A DNA stretch of 64,000 nucleotides from Eledone cirrhosa (GCA_964016885.1 OZ024748.1:44640001-44704000); one strand, 5' to 3'. Shown: positions 1 through 13,288, counted from the stretch's first letter. Numbers and translations: made by a program. The notes: generated from the letters alone by a model not told the origin.

Positions 1-20
1 ACGCACACTCACATATACAT

Positions 21-95
<75 letters not shown>

Positions 96-118
96 GCACG
101 CACACGCACACACACAAA

Positions 119-658
119 TATATATTCAGCGAGAATCGCATTTCGGCGGGTAGAAAAGGCGAAACGAAACGCAAAAATCAGAAATGATGCTAGCAAGCGC
201 TCCATAGTTAAAAAAACAGAGCTAAACAATATGTTAAGAGGCCATACAAAACTGAAATAGTGGTCAAGAAAGCATCAACCACCTAAGCCAAAAAGCAAAT
301 CAAGCTAAACAGGTCAAAACAAAATATTATAATATATATATTTATATAAAAAAGATAATTTCGCTCTACATGGCTGAATACAATAAATGTAATCTGAGTT
401 TTTCGAATATTAATAATAACATTCGATTCGTTTGAAATTATGCAAACAAGCCTCAATTTTATAGCCATGTCAGTAGAATGAACACTTGAGGGTGATACCC
501 AGAAACACTAGTGTCTGTAGTTCTGTTTGCATGACAACACAAGAGCAAGAATGAAGGGTTCATTCTATTGACATGGCTTTAAAATTGAGGCTTGTTTGCA
601 TAATTGCAAACGAATCGAATGTTATTAATAATATTCGAAAAACTCAGATTACATTTAT
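119..658. mobile_element. Fold-back element between microsatellites: ~105-bp imperfect inverted arms (383-487 / 554-658) plus unique left extension; PLE-like architecture
   Basis: ataaatgtaatctgag...gaacactt is the near reverse complement of aagggttc...acatttat; flanked by (CA)n and (TA)n. Confidence 0.55.
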
Positions 659-667
659 ATATATACA

Positions 668-723
<56 letters not shown>

Positions 724-788
724 TATATAGATACATGCATACATATATATATATACACACACACATGCACATATATATATACATGCAC

Positions 789-823
<35 letters not shown>

Positions 824-885
824 TACACATGCACATATATACACACACACATACATACACACATACATGTATATGTATATATATA

Positions 886-2315
886 CAAACTATAGAGGCA
901 TTAAATTAATCGACCAGGTCATGAAGGTCACGGAAAAAGTAATAGCGCAACTAATCAGAGAGAGAATTGATCTAGATGAAATGCAGTTCGGGTTTGTGTC
1001 AGGCAAAAGTACCACAGACGCTCTTTTCATTGTACGACAACTACAGGAGAAGTACCTAGCTAAAAGTAAACCCCTATACTTAGCTTTTGTCGACTTGGAG
1101 AAAGCCTTCGACAGAGTCCCCCGTTCCATTATCTGGTGGTCTCTTAGAAAACTAGGTGTTGATGAATGGCTTGTGAGAGCTATACAAGCCATGTATAAAG
1201 AAACAGTCAGTAAGGTTAGAATTAACAACGAATATAGTGAAGAGTTTAGCGTAAAAGTTGGTGTCCATCAGGGCTCTGTACTTAGCCCCCTACTATTTAT
1301 TATTGCTCTTCAGGCTATAACAGAGGAGTTCAAGACCGGCTGCCCATGGGAACTCCTATACGCAGATGATCTAACGCTCATAGCTGAATCAATGACCGAA
1401 CTAGAGAAGAAATTCCAAACGTGGAAGCACGGCCTAGAATCAAAAGGCCTTAAAATTAACCTGGCTAAGACTAAAGTTCTAGTTTGTAGGAAAGAAAATA
1501 AGGCGGCGGTCCCATCGGGGAAATGGCCATGCTCAGTGTGTAGGAAAGGCGTAGGTAGAAACTCCATTTTATGTCCCAAATGCAAAGTATGGGTGCATAA
1601 AAGATGTAGTGGGATCACAGGTAAGCTAACTAAGAACATAGATTTTACATGTGGCCGGTGCTCTGGTGCAATAAGTAGCAGCAAGTGCCCACAAAATACT
1701 AGCTCCTTCAACTGCGCAGAGGGTTCTATAGAAATAGTGGACAGCTTCCGTTATCTGGGTGACAAAATCAGCAGTGGGGGAGGGTGCTCTGAAAGTACAG
1801 TAGCTAGAGTCAGAACTGGATGGAAAAAGTTCAGAGAGCTTATACCACTATTAGCCGCTAGAGGGTTCTCCCTAAAAATGAAAGGCAGGTTATACGATGC
1901 CTGCATACGAACAGCAATGCTGCATGGCAGTGAGACCTGGGCATTGTGTGCAGAGGATATACGCAGACTAGAGAGGAACGAAGCTTGCATGCTCCGCTGG
2001 ATGTGCAATAGTAATATACGTGAACGGCAAAGCATAAACGAACTAAGGAAAAAATTAGAAATAAGAGGGATCAGATGTTGTTTACTCGAGAGAAGGCTAC
2101 GTTGGTACGGTCACGTGATGCGCATGAAAGACGACAGCTGTATAACAAAGTGCAGGGCAATAAAGATAGACGGTAGCCACGGAGTAGGCAGACCCAGAAA
2201 AACATGGGACGAGCTGATAAATTCCGACCTCACACGCTTACACCTCTCCAAGACAATGTCACTGGACCGAGACCTTTGGCGGTACTCAGTAATAGAGAAG
2301 ACCCGCCTTACCTAA
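886..2315 (+). CDS. 5'-truncated RTE-clade LINE reverse transcriptase (RT with internal PHD finger and C-terminal domain), uninterrupted frame
   Basis: Motifs NYRGIKL, QFGFVSGKSTTDA, LAFVDLEKAFDRVP, GVHQGSVLSPLLF, LLYADD, FRYLG, HGSETW, RLRWYGHVMR, GRPRKTW. The first ~50 aa of the track ORF (from 735) are microsatellite. Confidence 0.93.
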
Positions 2316-2818
2316 ATACAAAGTAAAAACCTACTACAGTCAGTAGGCATCTCTATCAAAACACACCCCCGTCCCACCACCTCCACCCCACCCACACCGC
2401 CCCTTTCAATGTAAAGTTATGTTGGTCCCACAACATCCAGGCCGAAACAAATGAGATCGTGTAGGTGTCACGACAAAAAACACACAGTCCACGCTGTAAA
2501 TGTGGCCGTGTAGGCAACACGGTAAAAACCTCCCAGCCCCCACACTGTAAATGTGGTTGGTGTTAGGAAGGGCATCCAGCTGTAGAAAACCCGCCAGACA
2601 GTCCACGCTGTAATGTGGCCGTGTAGGCAACACGGTAAAAACCTCCCAGCCCCACACTGTAAATGTGGTTGGTGTTAGGAAGGGCATCCAACTGTAGAAA
2701 ACCCGCCAGACAGTCCTATGCGAGCAAGACAACCACTCTTGCCTCAAGTGGGAAAACCCCCGTCCAAACCCATGCAAGCGTGGAACACGGACGCTAAACC
2801 TGATGATGATGATGATGA
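2316..2818 (+). mobile_element. 3' UTR of the RTE element with internal duplication and (GAT)n tail
   Basis: Follows the RT stop codon; contains gttaggaagggcatccagctgtagaaaa twice; ends cctgatgatgatgatgatga. Confidence 0.85.
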
Positions 2819-2896
2819 CACATACATACATACACACACACATATATATATATACACACACATACATACACACACACATATATATATACATGCACA

Positions 2897-2932
<36 letters not shown>

Positions 2933-3439
2933 CAAACACACAAATATAATATATATATATATACCTACACATACACACACTTATATAACCCATGCCAGCA
3001 TGGAAAAATGGAAGTTAAAACGGAGATGATGATATATATATATATATATATATATATTTACATATACACACAAACGTGTGTTTAACAATAACGATAGATG
3101 ATAACCTGATTATATAAGATATATATGTGTGTATATGTTTGTGTGTCTGTATATGTGTGTGTGTGTGTATGATTCTGTATGTGTGTATATGTGTCTGTAT
3201 ATATATATATATATATGTGTGTGTGCACGTGTGTATATCAAGTGAGAAATCTTGAATAAACAGCTGGACAATTAGAGTGAGAGGGGGGTGGGGATGAAGA
3301 GGAGGGGAGGAAGGTGGAGGAGGCCGGTGAGGAGAGAAGCTCTGTCAATAGCAGAATGGTTTAATGATTGTTTAAAGTGGTACTTAATACAGAGTCCAGG
3401 TTGGCATTGAGGAAGAAAGAATGGTCCCACACAGCTTAA

Positions 3440-3770
3440 CTATAGTCAACTATGGTCAACTATAGTCAACTACGGTCAACTACAGTCAACTACGGTCAAC
3501 TGGTCAACTATAGTCAACTGAGGTCAACTATAGTCAACTGAGGTCAACTACAGTCAACTACGGTCAACTGGTCAACTATAGTCAACTACAGTCAACTATG
3601 GTCAACTATAGTCAACTACGGTCAGCTACAGTCAACTATAGTCAACTATAGTCAACTATGGTCAACTATAGTCAACTATGGTCAACTACAGTCAACTATG
3701 GTCAACTGTGGTCAACTATAGTCAACTACAGTCAACTATAGTCAACTATAGTCAACTAAGGTCAACTATG
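3440..3770. repeat. 10-bp minisatellite (tagtcaacta variants)
   Basis: Direct reading. Confidence 0.95.
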
Positions 3771-3859
3771 GCATCATTTAAATACAACATTTAATGGACA
3801 TCACTCAAGCCACATCGTTTGACATTTAACATGTTCAACTCAAAATGTTAATGTCACCA

Positions 3860-4400
3860 GTTCTATTTCCAACGGTGTAGTGTTGTGTCCTTGAGCAAGA
3901 CACTTTATTTCACATTGCTCCAGTGACAACACTGGTGTAGTGTTGTGTCCTTGAGCAAGACACTTTATTTCACATTGCTCCAGTGACAACACTGGTGTAG
4001 TGTTGTGTCCTTGAGCAAGACACTTTATTTCACATTGCTCCAGTGACAACACTGGTGTAGTGTTGTGTCCTTGAGCAAGACACTTTATTTCACATTGCTC
4101 CAGTGACAACACTGGTGTAGTGTTGTGTCCTTGAGCAAGACACTTTATTTCACATTGCTCCAGTGACAACACTGGTGTAGTGTTGTGTCCTTGAGCAAGA
4201 CACTTTATTTCACATTGCTACAGTCCACTCAGCTAGCAAGAACGAGGGTCAGCCTTGTCACCTGCTGTGTCGCACTGAACTACATCAAGAGTATGTGTGT
4301 TTGTGGAATGCTCAGCCACTTGCATGTAAATTTCATGAGCAGGCTGTTCCGTTGATTGTACCAACTGGAATAGCTGTCGTAAACAATTGTGTACCTCCAC
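3860..4400 (+). mobile_element. SINE fragment whose CORE-like segment is amplified as a 60-bp tandem array (3877-4224, about 6 copies)
   Basis: The unit contains tgttgtgtccttgagcaagacactttatttcacattgctccag, shared with the SINEs at 12042 and 19011. Confidence 0.75.
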
Positions 4401-4480
4401 TACAATTACTATTTTCTTATCTTTTATTCTCGATTTTTACCAAATGTTATATCATAATTATTAATATTATTTCAATATTG

Positions 4481-4640
4481 TGGGATTAGCAGTGGAGGGT
4501 CGGACGCCATGCATTGCAGCATAGAGTTACGACCCTTTACGGTCTGAGTTCAAATCCCGCTGAGGTTAACTTTGCCTTTCATCCTTACGGGGTCTATAAA
4601 ATAAAGTACCAGTAATGCACTGGTATTGATTTAATCAGAA
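4481..4640 (+). mobile_element. tRNA-derived SINE, family A
   Basis: B-box-like gagttcaaatccc followed by ttaactttgcctttcatccttacggggtc...aaataaagtaccag; multiple copies in the window. Confidence 0.75.
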
Positions 4641-4705
4641 ACCAATATTATTTCATTAGTAGTACTTTATTATTAATTTAGTTAAATATTTGATTTACTC
4701 AAGCT

Positions 4706-5388
4706 ACACACACACACACACACTCACTCACACCCTTACACATGCACTCACTCACAGACACACACACATGCATTCTCACACAGACACACCCTCACTCAGA
4801 CACACACACAGTCACACACTCATACAGTCACACACACACACACACTTATACCCACTCACTCATACACCCACTTACACACACACACACACACTCACTCACA
4901 CCCTTACACATGCACTCACTCACAGACACACACACATGCATTCTCACACAGACACACCCTCACTCAGACACACACACAGTCACACACTCATAGTCACACA
5001 CACACACACACTTATACCCACTCACTCATACACCCACTTACACACACACACACACACTCACACACCCTTACACATGCACTCACTCACAGACACACACACA
5101 TGCATTCTCACACAGACACACCCTCACTCAGACACACACGCACAGTCACACACTCATACAGTCACACACACACACACACTTATACCCACTCACTCATACA
5201 CCCACTTACACACACACTCACTCACACCCTTACACATGCACTCACTCACAGACACACACACATGCATTTTCACACAGACACACCCTCACTCAGACACACA
5301 CACACAGTCACACACTCATACAGTAACACACACACACACACACTTATACCCACTCACTCATACACCCACTTACACACACACACACACA
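4706..5388. repeat. CA-rich compound minisatellite (about 4 higher-order units)
   Basis: Recurring cccttacacatgcactcactcacagac blocks. Confidence 0.9.
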
Positions 5389-5525
5389 GTTCCTATACAC
5401 CAATTCTCTCTACATTTTAGGTCACCTGTTATAAACTTCATTCTCTCTCTTTATTCTTCAATTTCAAGAAATACTTCACTTTCTCTTCATCAATTGTCGG
5501 AATATTCAATATTTTGGAATGTTTA

Positions 5526-5723
5526 TACGAAAGTTGGTTCAAAGGTTCATAGGCTGACTATGAAGGAGTGATGCTAGAGCTGTGAAATCTTACATGCATT
5601 AATTTCAACTCTTCTTATTAATAACTGCATTGTTTCTTTCCAGGGATTATGTTGAAAAGTAAACCTCATTTGGTCATTCCATGAGAGTATCTTGGTCAGC
5701 ATATGAAATTTTCAGTGGACTCT

Positions 5724-5726
<3 letters not shown>
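5526..5726 (+). mobile_element. Degenerate Tc1/mariner-like MITE (~200 bp)
   Basis: Terminal inverted similarity aggttcataggctgac / gtcagcatatgaaatt; begins after TA; related copies at 24776-25232. Confidence 0.55.
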
Positions 5727-5761
<35 letters not shown>

Positions 5762-5792
5762 CACGTAATGTATATATACATATATATATACA

Positions 5793-5829
<37 letters not shown>

Positions 5830-5830
<1 letters not shown>

Positions 5831-6452
5831 CCACGTGATACACATGAAAGACGACAGCTGTATAAAAAAGTGCAGGGCGATCAAAATTGATGGTAGTTAT
5901 GGAGTCGGTAGACCCAGAAAAACCTGGGATGATCTGATAAATTCCGATTTACATACTTGCACCTCTCTAAGACAATGTCACTGGACTGAGATCTTTGGCG
6001 CTACGCAGTAATACAGAAGACCTGCCTTGCCTATGTACAAAGCGAAACCTACAGTCAGTAGGCACCTCTTAACCAAATATACACCCCAATCCACTACCCC
6101 TACCCTATCCTCCCACTCCCACCAACACCACCATCTCTCTGTAAAGTTGGTACCACAACAACCAGTCCAAATAAATGAGATAATGAGATCGAGATCGTGT
6201 AGGTGTCACGAGAAAAAAAACACACAGTCCACGCTGTAATGTGGCCATGTAGGTAACACGGTAAGAAGTTCCCAGTTCCACACTGTAAATGTGGTTGGTG
6301 TTAGGAAGGGCATCCAGCCGTAGAAAACCTGCCAGATAGTCCTATATGAGCGAGTCACGGTCACCCGACCAGCCTTGCCTCAAGTGGGACAACTCCCGTC
6401 TAACCCATGCTAGCGTGGAAGATGGACGTTAAACGAAGATGATGATGATGAT
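5830..6452 (+). mobile_element. Diverged 3' end of the RTE family (RT C-terminus relic, 3' UTR and GAT tail)
   Basis: Aligns by eye to 2112-2818 with substitutions and indels. Confidence 0.85.
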
Positions 6453-6885
6453 ATAAGCAAAGAGATATTTAATTTGTTGGTTATTCAACAAATTTATTAA
6501 TAACAGATTCGAAAGCACTCTGCAGAATTTCTTCTGGAGTATAATATCAATGATATTAATAATTGGAAACTATCTTTATAAAACCATATTTATTTTATTA
6601 TATATATTTCAAGGGTACCAAAATGTTGGTACGCACTCATCAGATAAAATACAAAAGTTGTTTTATAAATAGTGACATATCCAAAATACAAGAACTTATC
6701 ATTTTAAGTTCAGTTTGGACTTAAAACGATAAGTTCTTGTTTTGAGGATATGTCAATATTTATAAAACAAACTTTTGTATTTTATCTGATGAGTGCGTAC
6801 CAAAATTTTGGTACCCTTGAAATATATATAATAAAATAAATATGGTTTTATAAAGATAGTTTCCATTTATTAATATCATTGATAT
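6453..6885 (-). mobile_element. Fold-back PLE-like element, family H1 (arms ~6544-6712 / 6716-6885, left extension) with hammerhead motifs
   Basis: Inverted arms visible; extension similar to those at 17105 and 18031. Confidence 0.7.
6778..6838 (+). ncRNA. Type I minimal hammerhead ribozyme motif (mirror copy on minus strand ~6591-6651)
   Basis: tattttat CTGATGA [gtaccaaaa/ttttggtac stem II] GAAA t-atat-a TA ataaaata; 8-bp stem I. Confidence 0.65.
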
Positions 6886-7078
6886 CATCATCATCATCAT
6901 CATCATCAACGTTTAACGTCCGTGTTCCACGCTTGCATGGGTTTGGACAGGGGTTTTCCCACTTGAGGCAAGAGTGGTTGTCTTGCTCGCATAGGACTGT
7001 CTGGCAGGTTTTCTACAGTTGGATGCCCTTCCTAACACCAACCACATTTACAGTGTGGAACTGGGAGGTTTTTACCGT
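6886..7078 (-). mobile_element. RTE 3'-tail fragment
   Basis: Reverse complement of ~2630-2818 with (CAT)n tail. Confidence 0.85.
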
Positions 7079-7534
7079 ATATATATATATTTGAAAAGGG
7101 AAGTAAGGTTCTATACAAAACAGTGGTTATAGAGAAAATATATATGTGTGTGTGTGTGGTGTGTGTGTAATTTAATTTATCCCACAGTCAATCCTGTTCC
7201 TGCAGATCTATCATCAAAGGCCTTCCAGATGTGACCATCTCACCCTTATCACGGATATCTTGAACTATGTTAGTGAATCTAATGAGTACTTTCCTCTTTT
7301 AAGATAACAGGGTATGATTTAACAGAGAGAGAGAGAGAGGGAGAGAGAGAGAGAGAGATTTGGCAGCTATTTCTAGCAATCTCAAGCTAGGTCCCTATAG
7401 AAGGGACCTCATTACACCACTAGATGTATTCCAAAGGGTGGGGATTAGGGTGGGGTAGGGGTGACATGTAGTGAGATAAAGAAATTGTTATAGGAAGGAC
7501 AATAGATAAGAGAATTTATTGACTAAAGATTAGG

Positions 7535-7609
<75 letters not shown>

Positions 7610-7786
7610 CACACATCTATGGATGGGTGTGTGTGTGTGTGTGGATGGCTGTGTGTGGCTGTGTGTGGATGGCTGTATGTATGTGTGACACAATATTTAT
7701 GCATTGATGCATGTGTATACACACGCACACACACACACACACACATACACACATAAACACACACACACACACACATATACACATAA

Positions 7787-7817
<31 letters not shown>

Positions 7818-7966
7818 TAAACACACACTACTACTGACAATTGTGTGTATGCTGCTGAAGACTGGATTCATATGGACTATTCAGGGTAAATAAAGTGACA
7901 CACATACACGTGTGTATGTGTGTGTGTATACATATACACACACACATACAGTGGTAGAAGGAAACA

Positions 7967-8021
<55 letters not shown>

Positions 8022-8154
8022 TATATATATATACAGACACACACATACATATTGGTAGAAGGAAACAAGCATATATATACACACACCCAGTGGTAGAATG
8101 AAACAACACACACACACATATATATATACATAAACACAGTGGTAGAAATGAAAC

Positions 8155-8186
<32 letters not shown>

Positions 8187-8235
8187 TATATATATATACA
8201 CACACACACACATATATATACAGACATACACACAC

Positions 8236-8268
<33 letters not shown>

Positions 8269-8369
8269 TACATATTTACAGACACACACATACATATTTA
8301 CACACACACACATATATATACACACACACACAGTGATAGAAATGAAACAACACACACACACACACACAC

Positions 8370-8416
<47 letters not shown>

Positions 8417-8558
8417 GAGAGAGGGGGGGAGCTAGAGAGGGAGAGAGATTGTGAAGAAGGAGAGATCAGGAATGAGAGAGAGAGAGAGAGGAAGAGAGTG
8501 AAAAGAGAGAGAGAGGAAGACAGTGAGAAGAGAGTCAGAAGAGAGAGAGAGAGGGAAG

Positions 8559-8620
<62 letters not shown>

Positions 8621-8702
8621 CATAAACAAAGCAGTTGACTTAATAATCATTGGGAAAATTTGAAATAAACTATTTATTATTATGGTCATTTGCGTTAGGA
8701 AG

Positions 8703-8743
<41 letters not shown>

Positions 8744-8746
<3 letters not shown>

Positions 8747-8936
8747 AGGGTGTTAAAGTTTGCTTGAAGCATTGTGAAATGTGTAAAAATACGTATTTAA
8801 GAAAGCCACAACAATGCAAAGGGAAATCTCGAGGTAGGAAGTGAAATATAGATAGGAAAAACAATGTTTTTCCTATCTATATTTCACTTCCTACCTCGAG
8901 ATTTCCCTTTGCATTGTTGTGGCTTTCTTAAATACG

Positions 8937-8944
<8 letters not shown>
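8744..8944. repeat. Perfect 80-bp-arm hairpin (8784-8863 / 8865-8944) with short left extension, in (TA)n
   Basis: Arms are exact reverse complements around A8864. Confidence 0.9.
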
Positions 8945-8986
<42 letters not shown>

Positions 8987-9009
8987 CCTTTTTGTTTTAT
9001 TACAAGAGT

Positions 9010-9345
9010 ATAATATAATAATAATAATGAAATTATTGTGTACAGTGCTCAGGTGCACTACAACTCATCAAAGGTGCATGTATAGTACATAGAATAATGT
9101 ACAAATGTCAGGAAAATAAACAGTGTATGAGTCATGATATAATAACAATAACAATAATGAAATATTGTGCACAGTGCCCAGGTGCACCACAACCCATCAA
9201 AAAGTGCATGTACAGTACATAGGGCAATGCACAAACATTAGTAAAATGAACAGTGCACACATGTGTGCATGTGTATGGAAGGGGCACATCAGGTGTAGTT
9301 TTGGCGTATTTCAGGAAGCATGAGTGTCTTAAAGGATGCAGTGTC
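9010..9345 (-). mobile_element. CR1-type LINE 3' UTR (two tandem 3' ends with TTA/TTG-rich tails)
   Basis: Directly downstream of the CR1 ORF; homologous to 21930-22140. Confidence 0.7.
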
Positions 9346-10347
9346 TCAGCAGCTAACAATTGACGCAGGCAGTTTGTTCCATGTTTCAGCAACTCTGAGC
9401 GTGAAAAAATGTCTGCGAAAGTCATGGGAGCTGTGCTGTTTTCTTATCTTGTAGGCATGTCCACGTGTGTTAGACACATGGAGATCAAAGAGGCGCTCAG
9501 GGTTGCAGTTGGCGAGATAGTTAAAAACTTTGTGGGTATTCACCAAGTCCACTGCCAGACGTCGGAGCTTCAATGAATCCATGCCCAGGGAAGCAAGGCG
9601 TTCAGAGTATGGTAGGTGTCTGATGGAGGGTATGCGCTTGGTTGCACGTCTCTGAACAGTTTCCAGGAGGTCAATGTTCCGAGCAAGATAGGGGTTCCAG
9701 ACTGATGATGCGAATTCCAAGTGTGGTCGCACCATAGCTGTATACAGTTTTAAATAGATGGCTGGAGAGCGGCTAACAAAGGTCTTGCTGAGTGATGCCA
9801 AGACACCCTCGGCCTTCTTGACAATCTTAGAGACATGCTTTGTCCAACGCAAATCGTTGCTGACAGTAATGCCCAGGTCACGTTCACAAGAGGACTTTTT
9901 GATGTCAGTGTTGTGGAGGGAGTATGTGGACGCTGGATTTTTCCTTCCAAAATGCATGGTGGTACACTTGTCCACAGCCAGCTTCAGTTGCCAGTCTGTG
10001 ATCCATTGCTGCATTGTGTCCAGGTCTGATTGTAGGAAAGAGTTGTAAATTTCAGGATCAGTCCTTTTGATTTCAAGGTACAGCTTGATGTCATCTGCAT
10101 ATTTTAGTACCGTGGCATTCTGTAAGTTGGCATCTATGTCATTAATATATGCCACAAACAAAAGAGGACCAAGAACAGATCCCTGTGGTACACCAGATGA
10201 CATCTCATATGGTGAAGAATGCTGTCCTAGAACCGTGACTACTTCCTTTCGGCTGAGAATGAAGGATTTCAGCCAGTCGAAAAGATCATCCCTCACACCC
10301 ATTGCAGAGAGTTTTGCCATAAGTCTTTTGTGTGGCACAGAATTAAA
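9346..10347 (-). CDS. 5'-truncated CR1-clade LINE reverse transcriptase fragment
   Basis: FNSVPHKRL, SGVPQGSVLGPLLFVAYIND, KYADDIK, ERDLGI, VRPHLEFASSVWNP, LETVQRRATK, YSERLASL, TRGH, FFTLRVAETWNKLP. Confidence 0.92.
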   Translation of the reverse strand, partial: FNSVPHKRLMAKLSAMGVRDDLFDWLKSFILSRKEVVTVLGQHSSPYEMSSGVPQGSVLGPLLFVAYINDIDANLQNATVLKYADDIKLYLEIKRTDPEIYNSFLQSDLDTMQQWITDWQLKLAVDKCTTMHFGRKNPASTYSLHNTDIKKSSCERDLGITVSNDLRWTKHVSKIVKKAEGVLASLSKTFVSRSPAIYLKLYTAMVRPHLEFASSVWNPYLARNIDLLETVQRRATKRIPSIRHLPYSERLASLGMDSLKLRRLAVDLVNTHKVFNYLANCNPERLFDLHVSNTRGHAYKIRKQHSSHDFRRHFFTLRVAETWNKLPASIVSC

Positions 10348-10394
10348 TATGAAGGAACCAATTGTTCCCAATAAATATTGAATACTAAATAGTA

Positions 10395-10432
<38 letters not shown>

Positions 10433-10435
<3 letters not shown>

Positions 10436-10673
10436 TTAATTATACTATTTATGGTTATGTAAATACAAAAACCTTATGCAGTTATATGTATTTTTTATAC
10501 AAACCCTAAATAGTGGTAGGCAGTAATGTATTACTACCTTATTACCAGTAAGTTAAGTAGCTCAATGTAAAAACATCAGATGATTTACAGAGCAGTTATA
10601 TGAAATATAAGAATCAAAGAACTGTTCAAAACATTATGTTTTGAACAGTTCTTTGATTCTTATATTTCATATA
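10433..10673 (-). mobile_element. Short fold-back element, family H2 (38-bp arms 10597-10634 / 10636-10673 plus ~165-bp extension)
   Basis: Extension and arm start nearly identical to 30311-30510. Confidence 0.85.
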
Positions 10674-10706
10674 TATATATATATATCAAGATTATACCAG
10701 TTTTAA

Positions 10707-11647
10707 CCCTTTAATGTTCAAACCGGCCAAAACCGGCCAGAATTCTCTACCTCTTTCTGTTGAAACTGGCCGTAACTGGCTGCTCAAACTGATGTTAAGG
10801 TATTGTTCTCAAAATAAATACTTTCAAAATCTCAGATTCGATATTATGTGAGATATTATGTGAGGTAAAGCCTTTACCATGAAAATATAATAGTATATAT
10901 AGAGTAATGTAAATGTTATGTGAGTTATTATGTGAGGTAAAACCTTTACCATGAAAATATGATAGTATATATAGAGTAATGTGAATGTTATGTGAGATAT
11001 TATGTGAGGTAAAACCTTTACCATGAAAATATGATAGTATATATAGAGTAATATAAATGTTATGTGAGATATTATGTGAGGTAAAGCCTTTTCTGTGACA
11101 ATACAATAGTATATATAGAGTAATGTAAATGTTATGTGAGATATTATGTGAGGTAAAGCCTTTACCATGAAAATACAATAGTATATATAGAGTAATGTGA
11201 ATGTTATGTGATATATTATGTAAGGTAAAGCCTTTACCATGAAAATATAATAGTATATATAGAGTAATGTAAATGTTATGTGAGATATTATGTAAGGTAA
11301 AGCCTTTACTGTGAAAATATGATAGTATATATAGAGTAATGTAAATGTTATGTGATATATTATGTGAGGTAAAACCTTTACCATGAAAATATGATAGTAT
11401 ATATATATAGAGTAATGTAAATGTTATGTGAGATATTATGTGAGGTAAAGCCTTTTCTGTGACAATACAATAGTATATATAGAGTAATGTAAATGTTATG
11501 TGAGGTATTATGTGAGGTAAAGCCTTTACCATGAAAATATGATAGTATATATAGAGTAATGTAAATGTTATGTGATATATTATGTGAGGTAAAACCTTTA
11601 CCATGAAAATACAATAGTATATATAGAGTAATGTGAATGCTAAAGGG
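10707..11647 (-). mobile_element. piggyBac-like MITE (TTAA on both sides, CCCTTTA... TIRs) with about 11 internal 72-bp tandem repeats; no LINE insertion
   Basis: ttaa|ccctttaatgtt ... aatgctaaaggg|ttaa; unit atgttatgtgagatattatgtgaggtaaagcctttaccatgaaaatataatagtatatatagagtaatgtaa. Confidence 0.85.
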
Positions 11648-11756
11648 TTAAAATATTAAGACCATTATTCATATATTAGAGTAAAATATAATAGAGTATT
11701 ATATATATATATATATATAATATATAAAATCAAAAGATGGTTAAAAGAGTTCCATG

Positions 11757-11827
11757 TATTTTATAATGCGCATTTCAAAAACAAATATCATCATGCGATG
11801 ACATTTGCGTTTTCGTCAGATAAAATA
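11757..11827 (-). ncRNA. Type I hammerhead ribozyme motif (family H3 element ~11724-11885)
   Basis: Minus strand: tattttat CTGACGA [gcaaatgtcatc/gatgatatttgt] GAAA t-gcgc-a TT ataaaata. Confidence 0.7.
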
Positions 11828-11884
11828 GGGAGACATGATATGAAGGTTAAAAAACACTTGTGAATAGTGGAGTTTTAAATCAAC

Positions 11885-11916
<32 letters not shown>

Positions 11917-11969
11917 GGAAGGTGTCATCATCATCATTAGATTGAGAGAGGTAGAAATACAGAGAAATG

Positions 11970-12004
<35 letters not shown>

Positions 12005-12041
12005 GTGCAATACTTATATATATATATATATATATATATAT

Positions 12042-12373
12042 GGCTTAGTGGTTAGAGCATTGGCCTTGCAATCGAAAGGTTGTGAGTTCAATTATCAGAC
12101 CGGGTGATGTGTTGTTTCCTTGAGCAAGACACTTTATTTCACATTGCTCCAGTTTACTCAGCTGTAGAAATGAAATGATAGGGACTGGGATCCCTATCAT
12201 TCTACTGCAAAGTGGTCGTGGAGGTGCCACGGCAAAAAAAAACACCCAGCACTCACTGTAAATGTGGTTGGTGTTAGGAAGGGCATCCAGCTGTAGAAAT
12301 CAAGCCAGAATTAGTTCCCGTCCCACCCTTAAAAGCATCGAAAAAGCGGACGTAAAATGAAATGAAATGATGA
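12042..12373 (+). mobile_element. tRNA-derived SINE family B with CORE-like body and RTE-derived 3' tail
   Basis: A-box tggcttagtgg, B-box gagttcaatt, ccttgagcaagacactt, then gttaggaagggcatccagctgtagaaa and a tga-repeat tail. Confidence 0.8.
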
Positions 12374-12405
12374 TATATAATTCTTATATCGGTATTATTT
12401 GGGCA

Positions 12406-12529
12406 TCCACTGATGAGTTTATAAGAGCCCGCTTGTGTATAAAACTATGGATTATATACAAGTTTCTACATAACCTGGAAATTATTTAGCCCAAATTGTA
12501 GAAATCTTATAACGAAACGTCCGTCTGGA
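12406..12529 (+). ncRNA. Type I hammerhead ribozyme with branched, extended stem II; predicted cleavage after C12525
   Basis: tcca CTGATGA gtttataaga...tcttataac GAAA c-gtcc-g TC tgga. Confidence 0.75.
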
Positions 12530-13164
12530 AGGAAAGAGATATTTATTTAATAATGTCTCATATATAATAATACAACCAGCTATCCACGAAATACTGATTA
12601 GTTAGCACCCCAAACACTAAATTGGGATAATACTTAGGTATATCCTAATGTTTGTTGAGTGAGATGGAGTTGGTTGGAGTATTGCTTAAGGCTTTCTCTG
12701 TTTATATATTGAATATATACTCTTGGTGGCCTGATATGATTTCCAGATATAAGGTATGACTCTTTATTATTATTATTTTTTATATGAAATACTGATTGAT
12801 CTTCCTTGTATCCCATGTCTGATTTAGCCTCAGAGAATGGCTGTGTGTATATGGGTGATCCATACATGTATTTATTATGTTTTAATATCTCTATGTGTGC
12901 ATTGATTGTGTATAAATATAGTTATTCTTTTAATATCCAATTGAGTTCTTATACACGTGGTTAATACCTAACCGGTTTAAATGACCAGCGTGTATGTTGT
13001 TTTATTTTAAGATGACCTCCCTTTACCCTTTTGGGGGCAGCATGTATTTTATCTTTGAGAGGACTGGTGGATTTTCTAATCTACCAGTCTCTTCTTAGCG
13101 CTGAGGGAGACCATCACTAATCTATTAATGTCGATATAATTCTTATATCAATATTATTTGGGCA

Positions 13165-13288
13165 TCCACTGACGAGTTTATAAGAGCCCGCTTGTGTATA
13201 AAACTATGGATTATATACAAGTTTCTACATAACCTGGAAATTATTTAGCCCAAATTGTAGAAATCTTATAACAAAACAGCCGTCTGGA
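13165..13288 (+). ncRNA. Second HHR copy with a core mutation (GAAA to AAAA), probably inactive
   Basis: tcca CTGACGA ... tcttataac AAAA c-agcc-g TC tgga. Confidence 0.55.

Noticed and set aside
12042-12105. tRNA gene candidates (also 19011 and 32527)
   Set aside because: A/B boxes are present but no complete cloverleaf, and they continue into SINE bodies.
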